Part shown: piece by piece, positions 9,461-19,949 of the stretch
How the letters are laid out: each line of letters opens with the position of its first letter
Numbering within the stretch: the stretch's first letter is position 1
Assembly: GCA_026989455.1 (NCBI GenBank)
Contig: JALSJH010000022.1
Coordinates: 29,146-93,145, forward strand
DNA length: 64,000 nucleotides
Reading direction: 5' to 3'
DNA from: Chromatiales bacterium
Lineage (GTDB): Bacteria > Pseudomonadota > Gammaproteobacteria > RBG-16-57-12
Made by a program: the position numbers and the translations under genes
Notes under the pieces: model-generated
What the model saw: only the letters and a program-made list of their open reading frames with translations
Database searches by the model: none
What the model was told of the DNA's origin: nothing

Positions 9461-10636
9461 TTATTCATCAGTGAAATAGAGCGTGCCATCATTCACCCAG
9501 CGCAGCAGCAGGCTGCTTAGCTGTGGATCATTGAGGTAGGGGGCGAGCTCGTCGTGGCAATAGTGGGTGTTATCACAAATAATATGCCCAAAACCGACCT
9601 GCTCTGGGTTTAATTGGTACTCATCACCATCGATAAAGAGGTTAATGGCACCACTAGTTAGGGTCGTGAAGTTGAATCGGCAGTGGGCATGACGAGTGAG
9701 AGGGCTTGTTTTAAAGCGTTGCAAGCACTGCTGGCTGGTGAGGGGTTGCTCCGGTAAATAGCGCGCCATGGGTTGATTCGGTTCGGTTGCAAAGCGGCCA
9801 AACCAGCGGCCGACACTTTCACTGTCAAACGGCATCTCTTGCAGTAATTGGGTCACTTTTTTGATTGTTTCTAGGGTGATTTCGCTGCGGTGCTGTTGTA
9901 CGGTGAGGGCGGGGTCAGAGAAGTGTCGTTTGCCATCGTGTTGTTCCAGTATGAAGTCAAAATAACTGGCAAGTAGCTCGCTTTGCGAGAGTGCGCGGTA
10001 GCCAATTGAGTAGGTAAGGCTTTCACCTTGAGCAACGCCATGATGTGCTACACCCGGTGGAAGATAGAGCATATCCCCCGCTTCAAGCGTCCACTCCTGT
10101 TCGCTGTGAAATGTTTTCATGATGCGGAGCTCGATGTCATCAATGACGTTATTTTCATCAACCGGCAGGGTGCTTATCTGCCAGTTTTTTCTCCCTTCAA
10201 CCTGCAGTAAGAAGACATCATAACGGTCATAGTGGGGGCCAACCGTCCCCTGGTCTGGGGAGTAGCTGATCATGATGTCATCCAGCCACCAACTGGGAAT
10301 GAAATCGAAAACATCGAGCAGTTCGGCTAGTTCGGGTATCTGTTTATTGGCCTCTTGTAGTAGTAAACTCCAGTGGCTCTCAGGCAGGCTGGTGAAGTCA
10401 CTCTCTTGGAAGGGGCCGTGGCGTAGCTCCCAAGGGTGGTTGCCCCCTTTTTCTATCACGATGCGCGATTCAACCTCATCTTCACAGGCAAGACCGGCTA
10501 ATTCATCGGCTGTTATTGGTGAGCTGAAACCGGTAAGTGCGCCCCGAATTAACAGTGGTTTTTTTTGCCAGTATTCGGCTAAAAACTGCTGTTTTGAAAT
10601 GTCGCCAAAAAGTGAGCGAGTGGGGCTGCTTTTCAT
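9461..10636 (-). CDS. Cupin/JmjC-domain protein, ribosomal protein L16 arginine hydroxylase (RoxA/YcfD)-like
   Basis: JmjC-type cupin core (HYDRYDVFLLQVEGRKNWQI, HHGVA). Size (391 aa) is similar to YcfD. Confidence 0.65.
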   Translation of the reverse strand: MKSSPTRSLFGDISKQQFLAEYWQKKPLLIRGALTGFSSPITADELAGLACEDEVESRIVIEKGGNHPWELRHGPFQESDFTSLPESHWSLLLQEANKQIPELAELLDVFDFIPSWWLDDIMISYSPDQGTVGPHYDRYDVFLLQVEGRKNWQISTLPVDENNVIDDIELRIMKTFHSEQEWTLEAGDMLYLPPGVAHHGVAQGESLTYSIGYRALSQSELLASYFDFILEQHDGKRHFSDPALTVQQHRSEITLETIKKVTQLLQEMPFDSESVGRWFGRFATEPNQPMARYLPEQPLTSQQCLQRFKTSPLTRHAHCRFNFTTLTSGAINLFIDGDEYQLNPEQVGFGHIICDNTHYCHDELAPYLNDPQLSSLLLRWVNDGTLYFTDE

Positions 10637-10672
10637 TGTGTCAGGGCCTAAATAAGTGGGGGTTGGGTGGTT

Positions 10673-11560
10673 TTACTCGTTTCCATAGCGGCGGGTGAGA
10701 TCCTGAAAGGCATCGATTCTACGGTCTCTAAAATAGGGCCAGATCCGGCGAACCTGCTCGGTGCGTGCTTTATCAATTGTAGTGACTAATATTTGTGGCT
10801 CATCATCTGCACTGCAGAGTAATTCACCTTGAGGGCCACAGATAAAACTACGCCCCCAGAATTGGATGCCTAGCCCTTGTGCGCTGGGGTCTGGCTCATG
10901 ACCACAACGGTTGCATGATAGCACCGGTAGGCCATTGGCGATGGCATGGCTGCGTTGGATGGTTATCCAGGCATCCTGCTGTCGCTGCTGCTCTGCATTG
11001 TCGTCGCTGGGATCCCAGCCTATTGCCGTGGGGTAGAGCAGCAACTCCGCGCCATTCATAGCCATCAGGCGTGCCGCTTCGGGGTACCACTGATCCCAGC
11101 AAATCAGTATGCCTAGTTTTCCCACCGAGGTGGCTATCGGTGTGAAGCCGAGGTCGCCGGGGGTGAAGTAAAATTTCTCATAAAATCCCGGGTCATCAGG
11201 GATATGCATTTTTCGATAGCGCCCGGCAATAGTGCCATTCGTTTCGATAACTACCGCAGTATTGTGGTAGAGACCGGGTGCGCGGTGTTCAAAAAGTGAA
11301 GCGACGATAACAATATCCAGCTCTGCGGCAATGCGCCCCAGTTGTTCGGTGCTGGAGCCGGGAATCGGCTCTGCAAGATCAAAGTGGCGGGTATCCTCTG
11401 TCTGGCAAAAGTAGGGGCCGGTATGCAACTCTTGCAACAGCACCAGTTTGGCCCCTTGTCCATGGGCTTCGCGGATGCCTTCAATGGAGATTGAGAGGTT
11501 CTCTGCGCGGCTTGGTGCCAGCTGTTGTTGAACTAGCCCTACGGTGAGATGTGTCTTCAT
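10673..11560 (-). CDS. aguB: N-carbamoylputrescine amidase (nitrilase-superfamily CN hydrolase)
   Basis: Carbon-nitrogen hydrolase motifs (catalytic Cys region ICWDQWYPE). Located immediately downstream of agmatine deiminase. Confidence 0.85.
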   Translation of the reverse strand: MKTHLTVGLVQQQLAPSRAENLSISIEGIREAHGQGAKLVLLQELHTGPYFCQTEDTRHFDLAEPIPGSSTEQLGRIAAELDIVIVASLFEHRAPGLYHNTAVVIETNGTIAGRYRKMHIPDDPGFYEKFYFTPGDLGFTPIATSVGKLGILICWDQWYPEAARLMAMNGAELLLYPTAIGWDPSDDNAEQQRQQDAWITIQRSHAIANGLPVLSCNRCGHEPDPSAQGLGIQFWGRSFICGPQGELLCSADDEPQILVTTIDKARTEQVRRIWPYFRDRRIDAFQDLTRRYGNE

Positions 11561-11565
11561 GGCGA

Positions 11566-12645
11566 TTACTCTTGCGCTATATTGCTATCAGGGAGAACAC
11601 CTTCCGGTAGTTGCATGGTAACGCAGTGCAGGCTGCCGAACTGCTGAATCAGTGGTAGCGATGGGATGCCAATGATCTCCCGGTCGGGGAAGCCCTGCTG
11701 TAGGCGCTTCAAGGCGCAGTTGTCTTGTGGGTCATGATAGGTCGGTACCAGCACCGCGCCATTTATCACTAAAAAGTTAGCATAACTGGCGGGCAGTTTA
11801 TCCCCTTTTTTATTATATTTTATCTGTGGCCATGGTAGTGGAATAAGCCGATAGGGTTCACCCTTGAGGGTGCGCATGGATTGCAGCTGCTGTTGCATAC
11901 GTTTCAGGGCGGGATAATGTTCATCATTAGTATCATCGCAGCTGACATAAGTGATGGTCTTTTCGTCACAGAATCGCGCCAGGGTATCGATATGGCTGTC
12001 GGTGTCATCACCCGCTAGGTAGCCATCATCCAGCCACAATACCCGTGATAGGCCCAATATTTTGCACAGCTGTTGCTCGATGCGGGCTTTGCTCATTTCG
12101 GGGTTTCGTGTAGATGAAAGCAGGCAGCGGGAGGTGGTGAGTAGCGTACCACAGCCATCGGATTCAATCGCACCGCCTTCAAGTACCATCTCGACCCGTT
12201 TAAGTGGGGTGTTACCGAAGGCACCTGCCGTATGCAGATGGGCGGTTATCTGGTTATCCAAATCCGCTGTGAATTTGTCACCCCATGCGTTAAAGGTGAA
12301 ATCAAGCAGTATGGGTCTGCCCGCCTCTAAAAGGGTGATAGGGCCATGATCTCGCGCCCAACTGTCATTGCTGTCCACAAGGTATAGTTTTATGTTTTCA
12401 ATATTTACTGCGGATTTTGTCAGCTGTGCGAGGATGTGCCGACGATGTTTTTCATTGTTAGCGCTAATGATGAGCAGCTGGCGGTGGGCAATCTGTTTGG
12501 TAATGGCAATAAAGACAGCCTCTACTTGATCGAGGTTTTCTCGCCAGTCGGTGTTAAGGTGAGGCCACGTGAGCATCACACCGCTCTGCGGTGCCCATTC
12601 CGCTGGAAGTGTCACCGCGCTGTGGGTTGTTGCTGTCAGTGGCAT
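11566..12645 (-). CDS. aguA: Agmatine deiminase
   Basis: Agmatine/peptidylarginine deiminase family motifs (DDTDSHIDTLARF) with a C-terminal catalytic Cys (GSLHCVTMQ). Confidence 0.85.
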   Translation of the reverse strand: MPLTATTHSAVTLPAEWAPQSGVMLTWPHLNTDWRENLDQVEAVFIAITKQIAHRQLLIISANNEKHRRHILAQLTKSAVNIENIKLYLVDSNDSWARDHGPITLLEAGRPILLDFTFNAWGDKFTADLDNQITAHLHTAGAFGNTPLKRVEMVLEGGAIESDGCGTLLTTSRCLLSSTRNPEMSKARIEQQLCKILGLSRVLWLDDGYLAGDDTDSHIDTLARFCDEKTITYVSCDDTNDEHYPALKRMQQQLQSMRTLKGEPYRLIPLPWPQIKYNKKGDKLPASYANFLVINGAVLVPTYHDPQDNCALKRLQQGFPDREIIGIPSLPLIQQFGSLHCVTMQLPEGVLPDSNIAQE

Positions 12646-12652
12646 GGTTGTT

Positions 12653-13918
12653 CTAAATTTTTCTCAGGTGTGGATAAATACGCACAGATTTAACCGTGTT
12701 CCCCTTGGTTTTAATGATGTCGATGGGGTAGCCCGCTAAGCGGAGGCTGGTGCCTGCCTTGGGGATATCTTCAAGATATTCGATAATTAAACCGTTGAGT
12801 GTTTTCGGGCCATCGGTGGGTAGGTCCCACTGCATCAGTTTGTTGAGTTGGCGGATATTGAGGCTGCCATCGATAATGTAACAGCCATCTGTTTGTTTAT
12901 GGATATCTTTATGGGCTGCCGATGGGTCGGAGGTGAATTCGCCGACAATCTCTTCCAGAATATCTTCCAGAGTAATCAGTCCCAACATTTCACCATACTC
13001 ATCCACCACCACCCCCATTCGCAGACGGTTATGCTGCATCTCTTGTAAGACATTGTGCAGCTGTGAACCCTCGGGCACAAAATAGGGTTCCTGGGTAATG
13101 TTGCGAATGGTTTCACGGGTCAGCTCGCCACGCATCTGTTTGTGTAAGGCATTTTTCAGGTGCAAAATACCGACAACATTATTGATATCACCATCATAAA
13201 CAAGAATTCGGGTGTGCTGGCTGCTGGTCAGTTGTTTAACGATTTTCTCTTCGCTGTTTTTAAGGTTAATGGCGAACACTTCATTGCGAGGAATCATAAT
13301 ATCCTCAACCGTCACTTTCTCTAGGTCGAGAATGCTCAGTAGCATCGCTTGGTGTCGGCGCGGGATCATGGCCCCCGCTTCATTGACTACGGTGCGCAGC
13401 TCCTCTCTTGAGAGAGTGTCACTGCTGTTTTTGTCCAAGGCAACGCCAAGCAGTCGAAGCACTGAATTTGCCATTAGGTTGGTGACCCAAACAAGAGGGT
13501 AGAGCAGCGTTAATAACGGCCTTAAAATGAAACTAACCGGAAAAGCGAAGCGCTCTGGGTGTCGTGCGGCAATGGTTTTTGGTGCGACTTCTGAAAATAT
13601 CAGAATGACAAAAGTCAGAATGCCGGTAGCGATGGCGATGCCGGCTTCACCGTAGAGGCGCATGCCGATGATTGTCGCCAGTGCAGAGGCGCAGATGTTG
13701 ACAAAGTTATTGCCGAGCAGAATAAGTCCAATCAGGCGGTCGGGCGTGCTCAGTAATTTTTGTGAGCGTATTGCACCGCGATTGCCTGATTTGGCCAGAT
13801 GCTTCAGTCGATAGCGGTTCAAGCTCATCAGGCTGGTTTCAGAGCCAGAAAAAAATCCAGAGAGCACTAATAAAAACGCTAAGATGCCAAAGAGCACCTC
13901 AATTGGTATCTCAGCCAA
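12653..13918 (-). CDS. HlyC/CorC (CNNM) family transporter: DUF21, CBS pair and CorC_HlyC domain
   Basis: N-terminal DUF21 membrane domain (FFSGSETSLMSLNRYRL), CBS region and a C-terminal transporter-associated domain. Synteny with ypjD and ffh matches E. coli. Confidence 0.85.
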   Translation of the reverse strand: MAEIPIEVLFGILAFLLVLSGFFSGSETSLMSLNRYRLKHLAKSGNRGAIRSQKLLSTPDRLIGLILLGNNFVNICASALATIIGMRLYGEAGIAIATGILTFVILIFSEVAPKTIAARHPERFAFPVSFILRPLLTLLYPLVWVTNLMANSVLRLLGVALDKNSSDTLSREELRTVVNEAGAMIPRRHQAMLLSILDLEKVTVEDIMIPRNEVFAINLKNSEEKIVKQLTSSQHTRILVYDGDINNVVGILHLKNALHKQMRGELTRETIRNITQEPYFVPEGSQLHNVLQEMQHNRLRMGVVVDEYGEMLGLITLEDILEEIVGEFTSDPSAAHKDIHKQTDGCYIIDGSLNIRQLNKLMQWDLPTDGPKTLNGLIIEYLEDIPKAGTSLRLAGYPIDIIKTKGNTVKSVRIYPHLRKI

Positions 13919-13980
13919 GGATGAATCCCTCAGTTAGTATGGTCAATGTATGTGGGTGGAGGTGGCGGTGAAGGATCATG

Positions 13981-14802
13981 TTACTGGGCGATGATAATTT
14001 CCAAAACCACCTTGCTTCCAAAGTAGGCAAGGAAGAGTAGTGCAAAGCCTGCCAGTGTCCAGCGGATGGCCGTGCGGCCGCGCCATCCGTGATAGTGACG
14101 ACCCCAGAGCAGGGTGGCAAAAACAGACCACGCAGTAATAGAGAGTATGCTTTTGTGTGCTAACTGCTGGGCAAACATATTTTCGATATAGAGCATCCCA
14201 GTCGCCAGGGCGATGGTGTGCAGTACAAAGCCTGTGGCGATAATTTGGAATAGCAGCGTCTCCATGGTCTGCAGCGGCGGCAGGGCGCGTATCAGTCCAC
14301 CGGGTTTGCGGCTGCGAAGATGCCGATCTTGCAATAGAATGATTAGCGACTGGATAGCGGCAACCGTGAGTGCGCTATAGGCCATGATGGAGATCAGTAT
14401 GTGGAACTTCAACTCACTCGATACATCGGCTGAGACGATATGGGTACTGGGTATGACTTGCTCTACCAATAGTGTTAGCGCCGCTGCTGGGAGAAATATG
14501 ACAATCAGACTCTCCAGTGGCAGCCGGAAGTTGGCCAAGATTAGGATCAGAGCAATTAACCATGTGATGAGTGCTGCCGCATTGGTGACACCCAGATTGA
14601 GGCCCGGTGCCAAAAAAATATCTTGAGAGAGCGCAGTGGCGTGCAGAAACAGCGCAAGCAATGCCAGTCCCATGATCAGGTTTTTCCCGCAAATTGCGCG
14701 GCTGTGCTGAGCGTTGCGTAAGGAATGGAAGCGATAGAACAGTAGCGTGGTGGCTGTCAAGTAAAGCAGGATAGCTCCGATACTGGTAAACGTCGAACTC
14801 AT
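13981..14802 (-). CDS. ypjD: Cytochrome c assembly family inner membrane protein YpjD (CcsA-like)
   Basis: Polytopic membrane protein with W-rich CcsA-like segments. Adjacent and divergent to ffh, as in E. coli. The start is probably the internal Met (MSSTFTSIG...). Confidence 0.7.
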   Translation of the reverse strand: MSSTFTSIGAILLYLTATTLLFYRFHSLRNAQHSRAICGKNLIMGLALLALFLHATALSQDIFLAPGLNLGVTNAAALITWLIALILILANFRLPLESLIVIFLPAAALTLLVEQVIPSTHIVSADVSSELKFHILISIMAYSALTVAAIQSLIILLQDRHLRSRKPGGLIRALPPLQTMETLLFQIIATGFVLHTIALATGMLYIENMFAQQLAHKSILSITAWSVFATLLWGRHYHGWRGRTAIRWTLAGFALLFLAYFGSKVVLEIIIAQ

Positions 14803-15121
14803 AGGGTAATTTTCTATTTGGTTGGTTGTATATGCGAATGATGGCACAACTGCGCAGTGCATAGAAGCGTTTGCTCAGATTACCGTGTTTTTTATCGTGC
14901 CACTTTTTAAATATTGTAATCGCTATCAGTGGGTGTGTGGTGCGCAGCTTCTTTTAGTGTAGACTGGGATTACGCACGTTCGTTTCAAATGATCGCTATA
15001 ATGGGCAATGAGTGCATGTGCCTCAAAATAGATGAGAGCAATTTCATCTTAACCTAAATTTAGCCGGCCTACTCAGGGGTTTTCTAAAAAATCCTGTCGG
15101 TATGGTAAAGTCTGGTGAATT

Positions 15122-15886
15122 ATGAAGTTGACAATTTTGGGCAGCAGCGGCGGCATCGGCGGTAAGCTGCGTACCACATCCCTGATGATCGATGATGATA
15201 TTCTTATCGATGCGGGTACTGGCATTAGTATACTCTCGTTGGCCGAAATGGAGAAGCTGCAACATATTTTTTTAACCCACTCCCACCTCGATCATATCGC
15301 CAACCTTCCTCTTCTTATCGACAGTATCTTCGAAAAAATAAAACGACCCATAACCGTGCATGCGCAGCCCGCCACCATAAAGGCACTCAAGGAACATATT
15401 TTCAATTGGGTGATCTGGCCAGATTTTAGCTGCCTGCCTAATGCGGAGAATCCCGTGATGCTCTTTAGCGAAATGGTGCCGGGAAAGTTGGTCACTATAG
15501 ATGATCGTGAGTTTGAAATGATACCGGTCAACCACACGGTGCCGAGTGTGGGTTACTATGTTCGCCAGGGTGAGAAATCATTCGCTTTTAGCGGCGACAC
15601 CACCACCAACGACACCTTCTGGGCTGGGCTTAATTTGCGTGAGGGGCTTGATGTTTTAATTATCGAAGTCGCCTTTCCAAATTCACAGATAGAGCTATCA
15701 AAGGCAGCATTCCATTACTGCCCCAGCTTGTTAGCCAGTGATATTGTCAAGCTGGAGCATACCCCGCGAATTTACATCTCACACCCGAAACCCGGTCAGG
15801 AGAAAATGATTGAGGCCGAGCTCAAAGCCTGTGGTGTCTGTGATGAATTTATATGTTTGCAGGGAGACGAATCTTTTACGGTATAA
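15122..15886 (+). CDS. MBL-fold hydrolase, class-II 3',5'-cyclic-nucleotide phosphodiesterase-like
   Basis: HSHLDH metal-binding motif. N-terminus ILGSSGG...IDAGTG resembles class-II cAMP phosphodiesterases. Confidence 0.65.
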   Translation: MKLTILGSSGGIGGKLRTTSLMIDDDILIDAGTGISILSLAEMEKLQHIFLTHSHLDHIANLPLLIDSIFEKIKRPITVHAQPATIKALKEHIFNWVIWPDFSCLPNAENPVMLFSEMVPGKLVTIDDREFEMIPVNHTVPSVGYYVRQGEKSFAFSGDTTTNDTFWAGLNLREGLDVLIIEVAFPNSQIELSKAAFHYCPSLLASDIVKLEHTPRIYISHPKPGQEKMIEAELKACGVCDEFICLQGDESFTV

Positions 15887-16002
15887 TGAGTGCTTTGCAC
15901 GATTTACTTTTTATTTGTTGTAACGAAAGATAAAGCTCCCATAATTAATGCATTCCACTCGTTACGCTTACTTACTTTTAAACAACAGGGTCTGTTACCA
16001 CC

Positions 16003-17385
16003 ATGTTTGAAAATTTAACTGATCGCCTTGGCCGCACGCTAAAAACATTGCGTGGACAAGGACGCCTGACCGAAGAGAATATCAAAGAGTCATTGCGTGA
16101 AGTGCGCATGGCACTGCTGGAGGCTGATGTTGCCTTGCCAGTAGTGCGTGATTTTGTGGGGCAGATTAAAACGCGTGCCGTGGGCGAAGAGGTGCATAAA
16201 AGCCTGACACCAGGGCAGGCGCTGATCAAGATCGTTAATGAAGAGCTGACCGCGCTGATGGGCTCTACCTGTGAAGAGCTGGATCTGGCAGCGCGTCCGC
16301 CTGCAGTTGTGCTTATGGCTGGCCTTCAGGGTTCAGGTAAAACCACTTCAGTGGGTAAGCTCTCTCGCTGGTTAAAAGAGCAAAAGAAAAAATCAGTGCT
16401 GGTAGTGAGTGCGGATATTTACCGCCCCGCTGCCATCGAGCAGTTGGAGACACTGGCAAAAGAGGTGGGTGTCGAATTTTTTCCAAGTCGTACCGACCAA
16501 GATCCGGTGGATATTGCACAGGCCGCTATTCAGCACGCAAAAATTAAGGCAATTGATGTTGTATTGGTCGATACCGCAGGACGGCTGCACATAGATGAAG
16601 CAATGATGGGGGAGATTATCCGCCTGCATGAGGCCATTGAGCCAGTTGAGACGCTGTTTGTAGTTGATGCAATGACCGGGCAGGATGCGGCAAATACCGC
16701 AAAGGCCTTTAATGAGGCGCTTCCTTTGACCGGCGTTATCTTGACCAAGACGGATGGCGATGCTCGTGGGGGTGCCGCGCTCTCCGTTCGCCATATCACC
16801 GGCAAACCGATTAAATTCCTCGGTGTGGGCGAAAAGAGCACCGCACTTGAGGCGTTTCATCCGGATCGTGTGGCATCGCGCATTCTAGGGATGGGCGATA
16901 TGTTGACGCTGATTGAAGAGGCGCAGCAGAAAGTTGACCACAAAGAGGCTGAAAAACTTGCTCGAAAGTTAAAAAAGGGTAAGAGCTTTGATCTGGATGA
17001 TTTTCGTGGTCAACTGCGCCAGATGAAAAAAATGGGTGGCATTACCAGCTTGATGGACAAGCTGCCCGGTGTTGCCAGCATACCTAAAAATGTAAAAAGC
17101 CAAGTGAATGATAACGAATTAGTGCGCCTTGAGGCGATCATTAACTCAATGACGCCAGGAGAGCGCCGCAAGCCGGAGATCATAAAGGGTTCTCGTAAGC
17201 GGCGTATCGCCGCAGGCTGTGGCTTGCAGATACAGGATGTCAATCGTCTGCTCAAACAGTTCAATCAGATGCAAAAAATGATGAAAAAAATGAACAGCAA
17301 AGGTGGCCTAGCCAAAATGATGCGCGGCATGGGTGGCCGGATGCCACCGGGTGGTGGATTGCCCCCTGGTGGAATGCCTTTTTGA
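16003..17385 (+). CDS. ffh: Signal recognition particle protein Ffh
   Basis: GTPase motifs (GLQGSGKTT, DTAGR, TKTDGD) and a Met-rich M domain with a C-terminal GG-rich tail. Confidence 0.97.
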   Translation: MFENLTDRLGRTLKTLRGQGRLTEENIKESLREVRMALLEADVALPVVRDFVGQIKTRAVGEEVHKSLTPGQALIKIVNEELTALMGSTCEELDLAARPPAVVLMAGLQGSGKTTSVGKLSRWLKEQKKKSVLVVSADIYRPAAIEQLETLAKEVGVEFFPSRTDQDPVDIAQAAIQHAKIKAIDVVLVDTAGRLHIDEAMMGEIIRLHEAIEPVETLFVVDAMTGQDAANTAKAFNEALPLTGVILTKTDGDARGGAALSVRHITGKPIKFLGVGEKSTALEAFHPDRVASRILGMGDMLTLIEEAQQKVDHKEAEKLARKLKKGKSFDLDDFRGQLRQMKKMGGITSLMDKLPGVASIPKNVKSQVNDNELVRLEAIINSMTPGERRKPEIIKGSRKRRIAAGCGLQIQDVNRLLKQFNQMQKMMKKMNSKGGLAKMMRGMGGRMPPGGGLPPGGMPF

Positions 17386-17844
17386 TTCCTAGGAGCTTGT
17401 CCGAGAATAGAAGCCGTAGCGAGGGGAAGCCGTTTTGAGTCCATTTTTTCGCCATATGAGGCAAATAGTTGTTCATATTTAACGAAAATGAGCGGGAAAA
17501 TGGGCCGAAGTGGCTTTTCCGCAGTAGGCTATCTACTCTCGGGCAGGCTCCTAGGGAATCTCTGATTAAGTCTGGATGAATTTAGGCTGAGAGGGAATTG
17601 TTCTCATTTGTTCCGAAATGCGCAGTAATAGTCGCTCTTATTGGTGCAATTTTCGGGATAAATGGGGGCGATTTCAGCCAGCATAAAGTATTCATGACTT
17701 GATCAGAGCTTCCCTTGAAGGCGGGGTCTAATATTTCTATTTCTATTTTCAGTAAAATTGGGTAAGATACGCGCCCAAATTCATTACGATTCTGTCGACT
17801 GGCAGCGTTGTTTAATTTATGTACAGAGAGAGGGTTTTTAGTTC

Positions 17845-18090
17845 ATGGTTACTATTCGTTTGTCACGCGGTGGCTGCAAGAAACGTCCATTTTACAGCAT
17901 TGTTGTAAAAGATAGCCGTGCTAAGCGTGACGGCCGCTTCATTGAGCGCCTTGGTTTCTTCAATCCAACCGCTCAGGGCGAAGAAGAGCGCCTGCGTATC
18001 GACAATGAGCGCGTATCATATTGGGTGGGTCAAGGTGCCCAGACTTCCGATCGCGTTGCTAACCTGCTTAAGTCAGTGGCGAGTGCATAA
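17845..18090 (+). CDS. rpsP: 30S ribosomal protein S16
   Basis: [17 protein letters not shown]... is the canonical S16 N-terminus. Confidence 0.95.
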   Translation: MVTIRLSRGGCKKRPFYSIVVKDSRAKRDGRFIERLGFFNPTAQGEEERLRIDNERVSYWVGQGAQTSDRVANLLKSVASA

Positions 18091-18154
18091 ATTCCCCAGG
18101 AATTTTCTACGCGCACGCTTTAATTAGCGTGAGTCGTTGTTTTAAGGCGTTGGC

Positions 18155-18673
18155 ATGAGTCAGGATGAGCAGGATTTAATCCAGGTGGGCCGGATCTCCG
18201 GCCTTCACGGTGTTAAAGGGTGGGTTAAAATCTTCTCTTATACCGAGCCTCGAGAAGGTATTCTCAAATACACTCCGTGGCGAGTCAAAGTGGCTGGCCA
18301 GTGGCGCGCCTTGAAGCTTAAGGCGGGTCGAGCGCAGGGTAAAGGTGTTGTTGCACACATCGAGGGTTATGATGACCGAGACGTGGCAGCAACATTAATG
18401 AACTGCGATATTGCCATCTTGCGTGAGCAACTGCCAGTCGCAAAAAAAGGTGAATACTACTGGTTGGATCTTGTGGGTCTGGCGGTTATCAACGTCGAGG
18501 GTTTATCACTGGGTAGTGTTGAAAAAGTGATGCCCACCGGTGCCAACGATGTATTGGTTGTTGCGGGCGTTAACGGTGAAGAGCTACTGATCCCTTTTGT
18601 TAAGGATCTCTACGTTCTTGATGTTGATCTAGCGTCGCGATCGATCACGGTCGACTGGCAGCTCGATTACTGA
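18155..18673 (+). CDS. rimM: Ribosome maturation factor RimM
   Basis: RimM N-terminus ([15 protein letters not shown]) with a PRC barrel. Operon position. Confidence 0.9.
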   Translation: MSQDEQDLIQVGRISGLHGVKGWVKIFSYTEPREGILKYTPWRVKVAGQWRALKLKAGRAQGKGVVAHIEGYDDRDVAATLMNCDIAILREQLPVAKKGEYYWLDLVGLAVINVEGLSLGSVEKVMPTGANDVLVVAGVNGEELLIPFVKDLYVLDVDLASRSITVDWQLDY

Positions 18674-19416
18674 TGCGTATAGAGCTGGTGACGCTATTCC
18701 CGGAGATGTTCGATGCCATAATGGACTATGGTGTAACGGGACGCGCTGTTGATCGGGGTCTTTTAGAGCTGGGCTTTAATAATCCACGAGATTATGCCAC
18801 AGACCGCCATCGCACAGTCGATGATCGTCCCTACGGTGGCGGCCCCGGTATGTTGATGAAGGTGGAGCCGCTGAGAGAGGCGATTCAAACCGCTCGTAGC
18901 CGAATATCGGGTGAGGCGAAGGTGATCTATCTATCGCCCCAGGGGCGTGTGCTGGATCAGGCTGGTGTCAAAGAGCTTAGTCAGCGTGATAATTTAATTG
19001 TTATTGCGGGGCGTTATGAAGGGGTTGATGAGCGCTTGATTCAGTCGCAAGTGGATGAAGAGTGGTCCATTGGTGATTACGTGCTCAGTGGCGGCGAGTT
19101 GGCTGCCATGGTGATGATTGATAGTGTGGCAAGGTTGCTGCCGGGTGTCTTGGGTCATCAGGAGTCAGCTGTTCAGGACTCTTTTTATCAAGGGTTGCTG
19201 GATCATCCTCACTATACTCGCCCCGAAAAAATGGCCGAGGGCGAAGTGCCGAAGGTGCTGCTGAGCGGTGATCATAAGGCAATTGAGCGCTGGCGACACA
19301 TGCAAGCACTGGGGCGGACGTGGTTAAGACGGCCAGAATTGCTGGCTGATCATCCGCTTACTGATGAACAACAAAAACTCTTGCATAATTTTTTGCAAGA
19401 AAACGAACAGAGTTAA
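18673..19416 (+). CDS. trmD: tRNA (guanine37-N1)-methyltransferase TrmD
   Basis: SPOUT-class TrmD motifs ([11 protein letters not shown]). Confidence 0.95.
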   Translation: MRIELVTLFPEMFDAIMDYGVTGRAVDRGLLELGFNNPRDYATDRHRTVDDRPYGGGPGMLMKVEPLREAIQTARSRISGEAKVIYLSPQGRVLDQAGVKELSQRDNLIVIAGRYEGVDERLIQSQVDEEWSIGDYVLSGGELAAMVMIDSVARLLPGVLGHQESAVQDSFYQGLLDHPHYTRPEKMAEGEVPKVLLSGDHKAIERWRHMQALGRTWLRRPELLADHPLTDEQQKLLHNFLQENEQS

Positions 19417-19458
19417 GAATTTTGGCGTATAATGCGCGCATAATTTCGGGAGCAGGAA

Positions 19459-19815
19459 ATGAGCAATATTATTGATCAAATTAACGCGGAGCAGATGGGC
19501 CGTAAATTAGTGGACTTCGCGCCGGGTGACACGGTTGTGGTTCAAGTTAAAGTTAAAGAGGGCACGCGTGAGCGTTTGCAGGCATTTGAAGGTGTTTGTA
19601 TTGCTAAGCGTAACCGTGGTTTAAACTCTTCATTCACCGTGCGTAAAATATCTCACGGCGAAGGTGTTGAGCGTGTTTTCCAGACCTACAGCCCAGTTGT
19701 TGCGGATCTTCAGGTTAAGCGTCGTGGTGATGTACGTCGCGCCAAACTTTACTATCTGCGTGGCCTGGAAGGTCGTGCGGCGCGTATCAAAGAGAAGCTG
19801 GTTGCTAAGAAGTAA
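19459..19815 (+). CDS. rplS: 50S ribosomal protein L19
   Basis: Canonical L19 sequence ([16 protein letters not shown]). Confidence 0.95.
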   Translation: MSNIIDQINAEQMGRKLVDFAPGDTVVVQVKVKEGTRERLQAFEGVCIAKRNRGLNSSFTVRKISHGEGVERVFQTYSPVVADLQVKRRGDVRRAKLYYLRGLEGRAARIKEKLVAKK

Positions 19816-19852
19816 TAACCCGCTGTTTTCGCTGTAATGGCGAATAGCGTTA

Positions 19853-19892
19853 AAAGCAGCTGTCATGAGAAGATGACAGCTGCTTTTTTGTG
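19853..19892 (+). terminator. Rho-independent terminator of the rpsP operon
   Basis: agcagctgtcat-gagaa-gatgacagctgct hairpin followed by tttttt. Confidence 0.8.
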
Positions 19893-19949
19893 CCTGCTTG
19901 AAAGCTATTCTGAAAAGAGTCCTATTGATAGGTACAGGTGGTTTTGTCC

